From positions 43,054-107,053 of the forward strand of contig JBFWMB010000001.1 in assembly GCA_050251815.1 (NCBI GenBank): 64,000 nucleotides of DNA, read 5' to 3'. Positions 9,735 through 18,814 of the stretch are shown here, piece by piece. Made by a program: the position numbers and the translations under genes. The stretch's first letter is position 1. The number at the start of each line of letters is the position of its first letter. This DNA comes from Salinivirgaceae bacterium (lineage in GTDB: Bacteria > Bacteroidota > Bacteroidia > Bacteroidales > SZUA-534). The notes under the pieces are model-generated. The model searched no databases and was not told the origin of the DNA. It saw only the letters and a list, made by a program, of their open reading frames with translations.

Positions 9735-11408
9735 CTAATTTTTCTTTTTTCCCCAATAGGTTGCGTTAAGGTTTTTTTCTGTTCCTGCATAAACAAAGGT
9801 TACTCGGCGTGGAGTTGCTTCCCAATCAACTTCTCGTTCAACACAAACCACAACTTTTCCCAAGGTGAGATACTTTGTTGTGGCATCGTAGTTCCAATTT
9901 CCTGTAAGTGCTCCCGTCATAGTGCCATCGGCATTAAGGCTTAGTTCAGTAGCTCCATTTTGCTGGCCATAGCTGTATGCAAGGTTAATGTGTTCCCAAG
10001 TTCCAATTAACGAGTCTTTGGTAATGTTACCGTAATCAGGAACAGCTGCATAGCGTTCGGGTAATGCTATGGGCCAAAGGTTGTCGGGTTCGCTTACCGA
10101 TGCCGGACACCAAACAATGCGTCGAACGTGCCCCATCATAATGGCATTGGAATAAGGATTGCCTCCAACGTTTTCAGGCAATCGACCCTGCGACATGTAA
10201 AACCACTCATCGGTATTTTCTTTTTGAAAGATAGCACAGTGTGATATGCCTACCCATCCGTAGCTCAGGTTAAATTTGTATGGATGAGTTACTATTGGGT
10301 AGCAGTCACCCCGTCCATTGGTAAAATTGCGTCCGGTAATGTCATAGTAAGGTCCTTCGATGTTTGTACTTCGAACCACCCGAGTATTGTAAGGTACTGC
10401 AAGACCATCGTATGCCATAAACAAATAGTAGTAACCCTCTTTGTATATTATTTCGGGTGCTTCGCTGCCTTGCCAACGCGAGCCATCGGTGCGTGTACCA
10501 ATTCGCAAACCATACCGGCTTGTTAATTCACTAACACTGCTTGCATAAGGTTCCCCTAGCGTATTTAAAGGCTTACCTGTGCTTGCATCGACCTGCAATA
10601 GGGCAAAACCGCTATGCCATGAGCCATGTATCAGGTAATGATTTCCTTCGGGTGTTACAATGTATGTTGGGTCGATGGCATTGTAGTAAAAATAGGCACT
10701 CCAATCCGATAAACTGGTACGACTGTATTCTTTACCCCTGTCTGAGGATGAACTGGTAACGAACCCTTTGTCGATCCAGACAGCTCCGGCAGGATCAGTT
10801 GATTCGCACATCCCGATAAAGGCGCGTTCAGTCCAGCTTCCATCAAAATTAGCCGGGGTGTTGGCATTTCCTGTTTTAATGTAGTTATCGATAATTATGC
10901 AGTAATACATCCGCAACATATCTTTCCCACCCACGTTAACCCGGCGCACTACCGGTGCCCAGTACCCGTATTTAATATTTTCATTGGCAATGGCATTGAG
11001 CCCCATACGTAAACGAATGGCATTGAGCGAGTCGGCTACCCAGGAGGGGGCATCGTAAAAAGGCCCGCCTACCCAATCCCAATTAACCAAATCGAGTGAA
11101 CGTTTGCCCTGAAAATGTCCGTGTCCTTCGGCCTCATTACCATAGGAAGCATCGGTACCATACATATAGTAATAGCCATCATAAAAGGCAACCGATGGAT
11201 CGTGCACATTGGCCAGGTTCCACTCATTTCGGTTTGTCCACGAGGCTATCGGTGAATAATCGTCAGCATAGGTTGGAATGGTAAAATTTGCAAGGGTATC
11301 GGGTTCATTCTCTTCAGGTTCTACTCCATTATCTTCACACCCTACAAAAGAAAAAGCAAATAGGGTGATGGGTAAAATCAGTAATAACTTTAGTCTCATA
11401 TCAAACAT
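9735..11408 (-). CDS. GH43 endo-1,5-alpha-L-arabinanase (large, GH43_4-like), surface lipoprotein
   Basis: NVHDPSV, WAPVV, NAIDP, HGSWHSG, SEAPEI; C-terminal lipocalin-like extension (L.GTWE.I); lipobox FVGC. Confidence 0.85.
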   Translation of the reverse strand: MFDMRLKLLLILPITLFAFSFVGCEDNGVEPEENEPDTLANFTIPTYADDYSPIASWTNRNEWNLANVHDPSVAFYDGYYYMYGTDASYGNEAEGHGHFQGKRSLDLVNWDWVGGPFYDAPSWVADSLNAIRLRMGLNAIANENIKYGYWAPVVRRVNVGGKDMLRMYYCIIIDNYIKTGNANTPANFDGSWTERAFIGMCESTDPAGAVWIDKGFVTSSSSDRGKEYSRTSLSDWSAYFYYNAIDPTYIVTPEGNHYLIHGSWHSGFALLQVDASTGKPLNTLGEPYASSVSELTSRYGLRIGTRTDGSRWQGSEAPEIIYKEGYYYLFMAYDGLAVPYNTRVVRSTNIEGPYYDITGRNFTNGRGDCYPIVTHPYKFNLSYGWVGISHCAIFQKENTDEWFYMSQGRLPENVGGNPYSNAIMMGHVRRIVWCPASVSEPDNLWPIALPERYAAVPDYGNITKDSLIGTWEHINLAYSYGQQNGATELSLNADGTMTGALTGNWNYDATTKYLTLGKVVVCVEREVDWEATPRRVTFVYAGTEKNLNATYWGKKKN

Positions 11409-11423
11409 GTTAACTTATTGTAA

Positions 11424-11465
11424 AACTTCCTTATCAACATACAAAAATAAGTTGATAAGGAAGTT
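11424..11465. repeat. Perfect 15-bp inverted repeat with a 12-nt loop between susD and GH43
   Basis: AACTTCCTTATCAAC (11424-38) / GTTGATAAGGAAGTT (11451-65), read directly from the sequence. Confidence 0.9.
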
Positions 11466-11486
11466 ACTTATTTAAGAAAATAATCG

Positions 11487-13241
11487 CTACTCAATAACAG
11501 GGCGAACAGACCATTTAGCTAAAAAAGCAGGACCATTATCTTCATTTTTGTTAGCTGAATTACCTACCAGGTTGGGGTTAGCATTCAGCGTTGATTGAAA
11601 TATAGGAATATATTCATGACCCGGATAGTAATATTGAAACGATGAAGCACTGGCGGTTTCCGCAGTTAGCTCATCGGTATTGGCCGTACCATCAAGCTTG
11701 TAATAAGCATGTTCAATCAACTGATTCAAACGAGCTGCATCGTAAAAGAACCCCCAACGAAGCAAGTCGATACCACGACCATTCTCACAACCAAATTCTT
11801 TTGGACGTTCCACATTTGCAATCTGCTCAAAAAGATGATCAGCCGTCGGGAAATCTGCCAGGTCAAGGTCCGGAAGAGCCACGCGACGACGTACTTCGTT
11901 AATGTAATCGATAGCCGTTTGGGTTGGACCATTGATTTCATTTTCGCATTCAGCTGCACGCAGTAAAACATCGCTATAACGCATCAGGCGCAGGTTGACA
12001 CCACATTTTAAGCCGTTTGTTATCGAACTATAGATGTTATTTCTTGCATTGGTGAACTTGGCAATTGAAATACCTCCCTGAGATGTGTTTGATAACGGGG
12101 TTGCTGTGATGTCCTCTTTATAAACCATATTGCTACGCGGATCTCCATTAGGATATGCTGCTGTATTCAGACCGGTATAACTGCTGTATTCTGCTTCGTA
12201 GGTTACCAAGGTCCAATACAAACGCGGATCGAGACGACCATCGGTGCTATTCTCTTTTTTGAACAGGTTATACAACCAGGGAGACCCGGCCAGGTCGCCC
12301 CAGCTGCCTAACTGCTGCGATGCGTAGTTGCTTTCTATCGCATGACCCTGAGTAGCTTCTGAGCTTATATTAACCGGAGTCCATTCTTCGTCGGTACCTC
12401 CTGTACCATAATCCATAAACTGAACTTCGAAAAGACTTTCTGAATTGTTTTCGTATTGTGCACCTTCCCTAAAGTTATCGCCATAATCGGCTGTAAGTTC
12501 GTAATGTCCAAACTTCCCGCCTATAATGTCGCTAAGAACAACCAAGGCTGTGTCAAATTTATGACGAAACATAAACGCACGGGCCAAATAACCGGCGGCA
12601 GCACCACTAGTTGCGCGACCCAGTGCCCACTCGCCGCCCTTATCGCGCGAGGGCAAGATTTGCATCGCTAAAGTGAAGTCACTTTCTATTTGGTTGAACA
12701 CCTCGTCTTGCGTTGCATTGGCAGCATACATTGTGGTAATGTCTGAGTAATCTGAATAATCAGTAAACAATGGAACTGTCTGGTAGTAAGTTGCCAAATT
12801 ATAGTAAGCCAAACCGCGGAGAAACAACGCTTGTCCTTTTATTTGATTATAAGAATCTTCTGACATTGAAACCCCATCGACTTTCGATAAAACAAAGTTT
12901 GTACGGTTCACTACGTGGTAGTTGTCGCGCCAAATCCATTGGTCGCCAATATCTATGGTACCCGGTGAATTGAGGTTGTCGTAGCTGATATACCACTGCT
13001 GCGAGGAGTTCCATACTTCGTCGCCACGCACGGCATCCATGGTGTAACCAACGCGGGCAAAAGTACCCTCAAGGCGTATACGGTTATAGCAGGCAATAAT
13101 AGCTTCTTGCAATTCTGACTCAGAATCACCAAAATCGTAGGTTGTCTGACTGTTCGGGTTCTGAACATCAAGTTCGTCATCACAGGCAGTAAAGCCTCCA
13201 ATAAACGCCAACAGAATTAGAATTATCGTTAAACTTTTCAT
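11487..13241 (-). CDS. SusD/RagB family outer-membrane lipoprotein
   Basis: Lipobox FTAC; GQALFLRGLAYYNLA, GRAT.GAA, ESLFEVQF, DPRL, MRYSDVLL.AAE, INEVRRR, ER..EFG.E..R..DL.RWG; directly after susC. Confidence 0.93.
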   Translation of the reverse strand: MKSLTIILILLAFIGGFTACDDELDVQNPNSQTTYDFGDSESELQEAIIACYNRIRLEGTFARVGYTMDAVRGDEVWNSSQQWYISYDNLNSPGTIDIGDQWIWRDNYHVVNRTNFVLSKVDGVSMSEDSYNQIKGQALFLRGLAYYNLATYYQTVPLFTDYSDYSDITTMYAANATQDEVFNQIESDFTLAMQILPSRDKGGEWALGRATSGAAAGYLARAFMFRHKFDTALVVLSDIIGGKFGHYELTADYGDNFREGAQYENNSESLFEVQFMDYGTGGTDEEWTPVNISSEATQGHAIESNYASQQLGSWGDLAGSPWLYNLFKKENSTDGRLDPRLYWTLVTYEAEYSSYTGLNTAAYPNGDPRSNMVYKEDITATPLSNTSQGGISIAKFTNARNNIYSSITNGLKCGVNLRLMRYSDVLLRAAECENEINGPTQTAIDYINEVRRRVALPDLDLADFPTADHLFEQIANVERPKEFGCENGRGIDLLRWGFFYDAARLNQLIEHAYYKLDGTANTDELTAETASASSFQYYYPGHEYIPIFQSTLNANPNLVGNSANKNEDNGPAFLAKWSVRPVIE

Positions 13242-13265
13242 ATTGATATCGTATTAATTAAATTT

Positions 13266-16200
13266 TTAGAATGAAAATTGTGCTCCAAACATGATGGTTC
13301 GTGGTGTTGGATACGAAGCATAGTTGTATCCCGGAGTGAATGTACCTCCGGCAAAGTCTACGTTGTAACCTTTGTATTTAGATAAAGTGGCTAAATTCTG
13401 ACCTGAGGCGTAAATACGAAGGCCTTTAACATAACCACTAAACCAGCTGTCAGGGAAATTATAACCCAATTCAATATTGGCTATTTTCAGATACGATGCA
13501 TTTTGAATAAAACGCTGGCTGAACAAATCATTGGTAATTGAGCTCGATGTTTTGTAGGCTACACGGGGTACATCGGTGTTTGTATTTGTTGTAGTCCAGG
13601 CATTCAACAAATCGGTACTCTTATTAAGTGCACCGTATGAGCCACGCAAGGTAACATCTACAAAGTCGACTGCATTAAACTTAGCCGCTCCATAAGTAGA
13701 AACACTCACATCAAAACCTTTATATTCTGCACGAATATTCAAGCCGTAATGAATTTTGGCCAAACCACTGCCAAGGAAAGTCTGGTCTCCTTCAAGGGTG
13801 ATTGTACCATCGTTATTCACGTCTTTATACCTCACATCACCTGGTTGTGCGCCATTCTGTGTCACTAATCCGCCTTCCTGGTTGTAGTTATTGTCGATCT
13901 CTGCTTGTGATTGAAAGATGCCTTCCGAAACCAAACCATAAAACTCGCCAACTTCACGCCCTACTTCTGTACGACTATATCCATTAGTAATTGGAGTATT
14001 TAATACTCCCAATTTGGTTACTTCGTTCGCCAAAGTCGATAAATTGGCTGAAACATCAAACTTAACGGCGTGATCGCGATTGTGATAAGCAAGCAGGAAT
14101 TCAAAACCAGAGTTTTCCATTGTTGCCGCATTCATTTTAACTATGCCGTTAGTAACACCTGCTTCCGCCGGAACGGGCACATCATAATGAAGTTCTTCCG
14201 AGATAGATTTATAGTAACCAAAGGTAAACTCTAACCGATTATTAAACATAGCCAAATCAAGTCCCAGATCAAGCATTTTCTTTTTTTCCCACTTAAGCAC
14301 TTCGTTTACATAATTTGAAATGGATGAGCCGGTTACTTTCGAATTACCAAAACTATAGGTATAGTCGTTCCGAAACATCGTAAGCATGTAATCGTATGGG
14401 CCAAGGTTCACAATACTACCCAATTCACCGTAGCTACCACGAATTTTTAACAGGTTGACGATGGATTCCGCCAAAGGAAAGAAGCTTTCACGGTCGATGC
14501 GCCAACCTGCTGAAACAGAGGGAAACCAATCGGTCCTGTCTTTTGCTGAAAGACGGCTTGAAGCATCGCGTCGTACGGTTGCCGATAAAAGGTATTTCTC
14601 ATCAAAATTGTAGTTTAAACGACCGATTAACGAAGCCAGTACGCTTTCGCTTTCATAGCTTGTAGCATCACTCTCTTCTGCATTATTTAAATGCAAATAA
14701 TATGGTTCAGACAAGGTATAACCTACCCCGGTGAGCCTGTACTCATAATTGCGTTCAAAAGTCTGACCCACAACCAAATTGAGATTATTGCGACCGAACA
14801 CTCCATTGTAAGTCAGGGTATTTTCTATCAATCCATCGCTATAGTTAACCGCCTCGTGTGTTAGAATCTCACTACTCTTCGATAAGTAGTTGGTTGTACT
14901 CTGTATAAATGAGGGAACGAAGATAAGGCTTTTTACAGCGGTTTTACTCTGCGACAGGTTTAGGTTATAGGCCAATTTGTGATTCGTATTTCTGATGCCT
15001 AACATTTCCATAAAGTCAACGTTCACTGAACCGCTTGCCACAATGCGATCAACAATAGAATTTCTTTTTAGCAAACTATTGGTAAGCAGTACGTTTGTTA
15101 CACGCAAGTCTCCATGAACATCATCATAATAGGTACCAAAACCATACGAATCGTAACTGTATTCTGATGCAGCCGAAAGCTTATCATCGAGCACCCAGGT
15201 TGATGGATCATAAGCCTTAATTGTCGGAGGTGTTATAAGTGCTGAAGCCATAACCGGAAATTGTGCACCATAGAGACCCGCTACGTATTCATTGGCATTA
15301 CTCAAAGCCATATTATCCTGATCGCTGTGACTATAAACAATATTTGTTTTAAATTTGATGAATTTAACATCCATATTGTTATTGATACGAGCCGTATACC
15401 GATCGAAATTTGGACCAGCACCTACCATAGTACCATTCTGACTGTAATAATCAATACCAATATTGTATGTATTGTTTTCACCTCCTCCAGACATGTTAAT
15501 GTTGTGATTCTGACGGATACCTGTTTTGAATGCCTCATCGAACCAATTGGTGTTTACTTTTGCAGTACCATCGGCATTATACAAATAATTTTCGCTTGCC
15601 GGATCGTATCCTGAAGGAACATCCATCCCACTATTTGCATAGGCCATGTTGATGTATTGTCCATACTGTTCCGAATTCATCACATCGTACACTCCATTCT
15701 GCACCTGGTCGAAGCCCAGGTAGCCGCTGTAATCAATCTTCATGGGCTGGTTCTTTTTACCTTGCTTTGTGGTAATAATAACCACGCCGTTAGCAGCCCG
15801 CGAACCGTAAATTGCCGCAGCAGAAGCATCTTTTAGTATTTGAAGGCTTTCAATATCGTTTGGTGAGAAATCGCGTATGGTAGTTCCCATGGGTACACCA
15901 TCGATAACGTAAAGCGGCGACGTATTACCAAAAGAACCAATACCCCGGATACGCACCGTAGGGTCAGCACCTGGCTGTCCATCGCTGGTAATTTGCACCC
16001 CGGCAACTTTTCCTTCAAGCATTGTTGAAATGTTTGAGTGCGATACTTTTTTCATCTCCTCCGTGTTAACAACGGCAACAGAACCGGTAAGGTCAACCTT
16101 GCGTTGTGTACCGTAACCTATAACTACCACTTGTTCGAGTCCAATTAAATCAGAAGCCAGGGTGATGACTCCCAGATCTGTCCTTCCTTCAATGTTTACT

Positions 16201-16481
16201 TCAATACTTTTAAATCCTATAAAAGAAACAATTAGTGTAGCATTAGAAGGAACTGAAAGCTGGAAGCTACCATTAGCATCGGAAATGGTACCCATGGAAG
16301 TACCTTTTTGTATTACACTTGCGCCGGGAAGCGGTTCTCCGTTTTCGTCAACGATTGTACCTTTTACAGTAATGTCGTCTGTTTGAGCTATTGTCCGCTG
16401 GTTAGCATCATTGTTGCCTTCGGCGTAGGTTGCCGGTACTAAAGCCAGCAATCCCAAAAGAATTAAATATAAATATTTCAT
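13266..16481 (-). CDS. SusC/RagA TonB-dependent transporter
   Basis: N-terminal CarbopepD-like domain (GEPLPGASV..KGT), VVIGYGTQ, IRIRG, PLYVIDGVP, ILKDASAAAIYGSRAANGVVIITTK, LKWE, PGDVRYKDVN.DG, ends YP.PRT..FGAQFSF. Confidence 0.96.
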   Translation of the reverse strand: MKYLYLILLGLLALVPATYAEGNNDANQRTIAQTDDITVKGTIVDENGEPLPGASVIQKGTSMGTISDANGSFQLSVPSNATLIVSFIGFKSIEVNIEGRTDLGVITLASDLIGLEQVVVIGYGTQRKVDLTGSVAVVNTEEMKKVSHSNISTMLEGKVAGVQITSDGQPGADPTVRIRGIGSFGNTSPLYVIDGVPMGTTIRDFSPNDIESLQILKDASAAAIYGSRAANGVVIITTKQGKKNQPMKIDYSGYLGFDQVQNGVYDVMNSEQYGQYINMAYANSGMDVPSGYDPASENYLYNADGTAKVNTNWFDEAFKTGIRQNHNINMSGGGENNTYNIGIDYYSQNGTMVGAGPNFDRYTARINNNMDVKFIKFKTNIVYSHSDQDNMALSNANEYVAGLYGAQFPVMASALITPPTIKAYDPSTWVLDDKLSAASEYSYDSYGFGTYYDDVHGDLRVTNVLLTNSLLKRNSIVDRIVASGSVNVDFMEMLGIRNTNHKLAYNLNLSQSKTAVKSLIFVPSFIQSTTNYLSKSSEILTHEAVNYSDGLIENTLTYNGVFGRNNLNLVVGQTFERNYEYRLTGVGYTLSEPYYLHLNNAEESDATSYESESVLASLIGRLNYNFDEKYLLSATVRRDASSRLSAKDRTDWFPSVSAGWRIDRESFFPLAESIVNLLKIRGSYGELGSIVNLGPYDYMLTMFRNDYTYSFGNSKVTGSSISNYVNEVLKWEKKKMLDLGLDLAMFNNRLEFTFGYYKSISEELHYDVPVPAEAGVTNGIVKMNAATMENSGFEFLLAYHNRDHAVKFDVSANLSTLANEVTKLGVLNTPITNGYSRTEVGREVGEFYGLVSEGIFQSQAEIDNNYNQEGGLVTQNGAQPGDVRYKDVNNDGTITLEGDQTFLGSGLAKIHYGLNIRAEYKGFDVSVSTYGAAKFNAVDFVDVTLRGSYGALNKSTDLLNAWTTTNTNTDVPRVAYKTSSSITNDLFSQRFIQNASYLKIANIELGYNFPDSWFSGYVKGLRIYASGQNLATLSKYKGYNVDFAGGTFTPGYNYASYPTPRTIMFGAQFSF

Positions 16482-16506
16482 AGTCTAAATATTTTTTATC
16501 ATAGTG

Positions 16507-18201
16507 TTATTCAACTGATGTTATATCGAGGTAAGCTCCCTCAATTACAAGTGCTGTAGTTAAGTCAGAACTATTTACAGTTATCCCTTCATATTTTTGG
16601 AAATGGGTCTCGCTATTAGCGTATGTAACATTGTATAGTACATCAGCCGTATTGTCTCCATTATTGGTAATTGTGATTTCAATATACGAATCATTAATAC
16701 TTGATGTAAACACATCCCAATTCCAGTCGGATGTTAATATAGCTGTGCTATATCCATCGCCCCATCCAAAGTTATCCATACGGACTACAGCATACTCCGC
16801 CATGTTCGCTTTGCGAAGAATTGTACTTGGGCTATGCCAATTGGCAGCATTATCGGAGTAACATTTCATTTTAAAAGTCCTGCTTTCCCCTGATGGGACT
16901 GGATAGTTATTTGAGAATTTTGTCCACCATGCGGTCAACAAATCAGTACCTACCTGATAGGTTCCTCCCACCACGTTGGTTATGGGGCAGGTTGTTGTAA
17001 CGGTGCTTGTTGCCCCAACAAAAGTAATTACAGCATTCTGCGCTCCATCTCCTCCCGGATTCTCAAAGCGAAGATTATCATTTGTTACTACACCTGTTGT
17101 ACCGTCAGAATAAGTAGCAGTTACGACCATACCCGTTGGATCAAAAACAGGTGCTGCAGGTCCAGGGAAAGTATAAGTTGTTACATTGGGCAATGTTGTC
17201 ACCTCAAGCGCTGTAACTGCATTTGTTACTTCTAAAGTGTAGAAAGTTGATACAGCCTGACTGTATGCACCCTGTTTGGTTTTGCTATAAGCAACAACAA
17301 CGGTTTTTTCTCCGACTGTAGTCATATCAGGAACCACATTAAATGTTATATCTGAAGTATCAACTTCAGTTGAAGATCCATCAGCGAATGTAACGGTAGC
17401 TATGCCATCACCCCAAAAGTCTTCGTCGCCTAATTCAACAAAAGCAGGAGTTCCTTCCACAGTGATTGAAATCGGATCTACATCTTCGACAACAGTAACT
17501 TTTGAAGGTATGAGGTAGGCTTTATTCATTTCAAAATAACTGCCATCGCAAATTAAGAATGCTACGATATCAGCACTTGCAGAAACGGGTTGGTTATAGG
17601 TCATGACCAGCTCTGTACCATTTGTACCTTTAGCAGAGGCTGTTACAAATACGTATCCGGTAGCTGAGTGGTCAACCTCGATGGTAACCTGAGCACCTTG
17701 CATGGTTGTACGAAAGTCGTTCCAAATATCGCCATCTCCGTCGGTATCGGGATAATTGTGTTCGATTAAGCCTAAGTCGAAATCCGTGTTACCCCATCCG
17801 TAGGCATCAGAACGGAGAACAAAATATTCTGCATAACCCTCACCATCACGGTCTGCAATTTCATTGGTTATGGCAAGATTCCAATTGTTCCAGTTATTCA
17901 CTCCGGTACCGTGGTTCACAAACTCTAAATGCAATAACTTGTTTGTAGGTACGGCAAAATAATCAGAGAAAAAAGCCCACCATCCGGCACTGTTATCTTC
18001 AGGTCCTACAATTGCTGCATTAATAGTTAGGTAAGTAGTGTCTCCTGTATTTGGTTTTGCAGCGGCAATGGAGTCAATTCGGTCTTGCAGGTTAGCGGGC
18101 GCATCAATTGAATAAATATCCAAATCATCGCACCCAACTAAGCCAAATGCTACCAAAATTGATGCGCTCAAAACGAACATCATTAGTTTTGTTGTTTTCA
18201 T
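16507..18201 (-). CDS. Surface glycan-binding lipoprotein with Ig-like (Big_3-like) domains
   Basis: Lipobox LVGC; two Ig-like segments (VTF/YADG/SDG.T..V); first gene of the susC/D unit, where Bacteroides arabinan PULs carry an SGBP. Confidence 0.7.
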   Translation of the reverse strand: MKTTKLMMFVLSASILVAFGLVGCDDLDIYSIDAPANLQDRIDSIAAAKPNTGDTTYLTINAAIVGPEDNSAGWWAFFSDYFAVPTNKLLHLEFVNHGTGVNNWNNWNLAITNEIADRDGEGYAEYFVLRSDAYGWGNTDFDLGLIEHNYPDTDGDGDIWNDFRTTMQGAQVTIEVDHSATGYVFVTASAKGTNGTELVMTYNQPVSASADIVAFLICDGSYFEMNKAYLIPSKVTVVEDVDPISITVEGTPAFVELGDEDFWGDGIATVTFADGSSTEVDTSDITFNVVPDMTTVGEKTVVVAYSKTKQGAYSQAVSTFYTLEVTNAVTALEVTTLPNVTTYTFPGPAAPVFDPTGMVVTATYSDGTTGVVTNDNLRFENPGGDGAQNAVITFVGATSTVTTTCPITNVVGGTYQVGTDLLTAWWTKFSNNYPVPSGESRTFKMKCYSDNAANWHSPSTILRKANMAEYAVVRMDNFGWGDGYSTAILTSDWNWDVFTSSINDSYIEITITNNGDNTADVLYNVTYANSETHFQKYEGITVNSSDLTTALVIEGAYLDITSVE

Positions 18202-18299
18202 AAATCCTTAGTTTAGTTGTTTTTCATCTATTAAAATTATTTTCAATTCACTTTATATTTTATGCTTACACCTTGTGATTTGTTGTTTTGTCGTCGCTA

Positions 18300-18354
18300 T
18301 AAAAGTAATTTTAAGCATTCTTAATAAAGTGTACTGATAGGTATTTGAGGTGGA
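18300..18354 (-). promoter_or_regulatory. Candidate HTCS-activated promoter of the SGBP-susC-susD unit: TCCAC-N16-TACAC, N21, then -7-like box TACTTTTA
   Basis: Plus strand: TAAAAGTA (18300-07), 21 bp, GTGTA (18329-33), 16 bp, GTGGA (18350-54). Confidence 0.55.
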
Positions 18355-18814
18355 CAAATGGCTAAAAATGTAAAAACAGAGCCCAACTAAGCTGCTGTAA
18401 TACTATAACATATTGCTATTTAGCTAAAAAACACTACTTGATTAAATTCTCCTGTTTAAGAAACTTTTAAAATAGCTAAAACTAAAACCAGCAACGGGTG
18501 AACCAACAAGTATGGTTTTTTAACTATTGTGCCCATACACAACCTTACTTTTGGAAGTGAACATTGCAGGTAAACAATTAGTTAATGGAAAATATTTCTA
18601 AGATAGAAATAATATTAGTGGATCAAATGTTCAATCGGAAAAATACTCCGATTTACTTTTTTTACACAGGTTCATTTTAGCTCGGGTAAATCCTACTTGT
18701 AAATTACAACTAAATTATGTTTCAAACATCGTTATCAAACCCAATTGAAAGCTATATTCAGCATTAGAATAATTTGATAAGAATTCGTATTTTTAGGAGG
18801 TTAAAAAAAACGAC

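Noticed and set aside
11424-11465. Invertible promoter (inverton) interpretation of the 15-bp inverted repeat
   Set aside because: A 12-bp spacer is too short for typical recombinase-mediated inversion and no recombinase is in the window; kept only as a hairpin finding.
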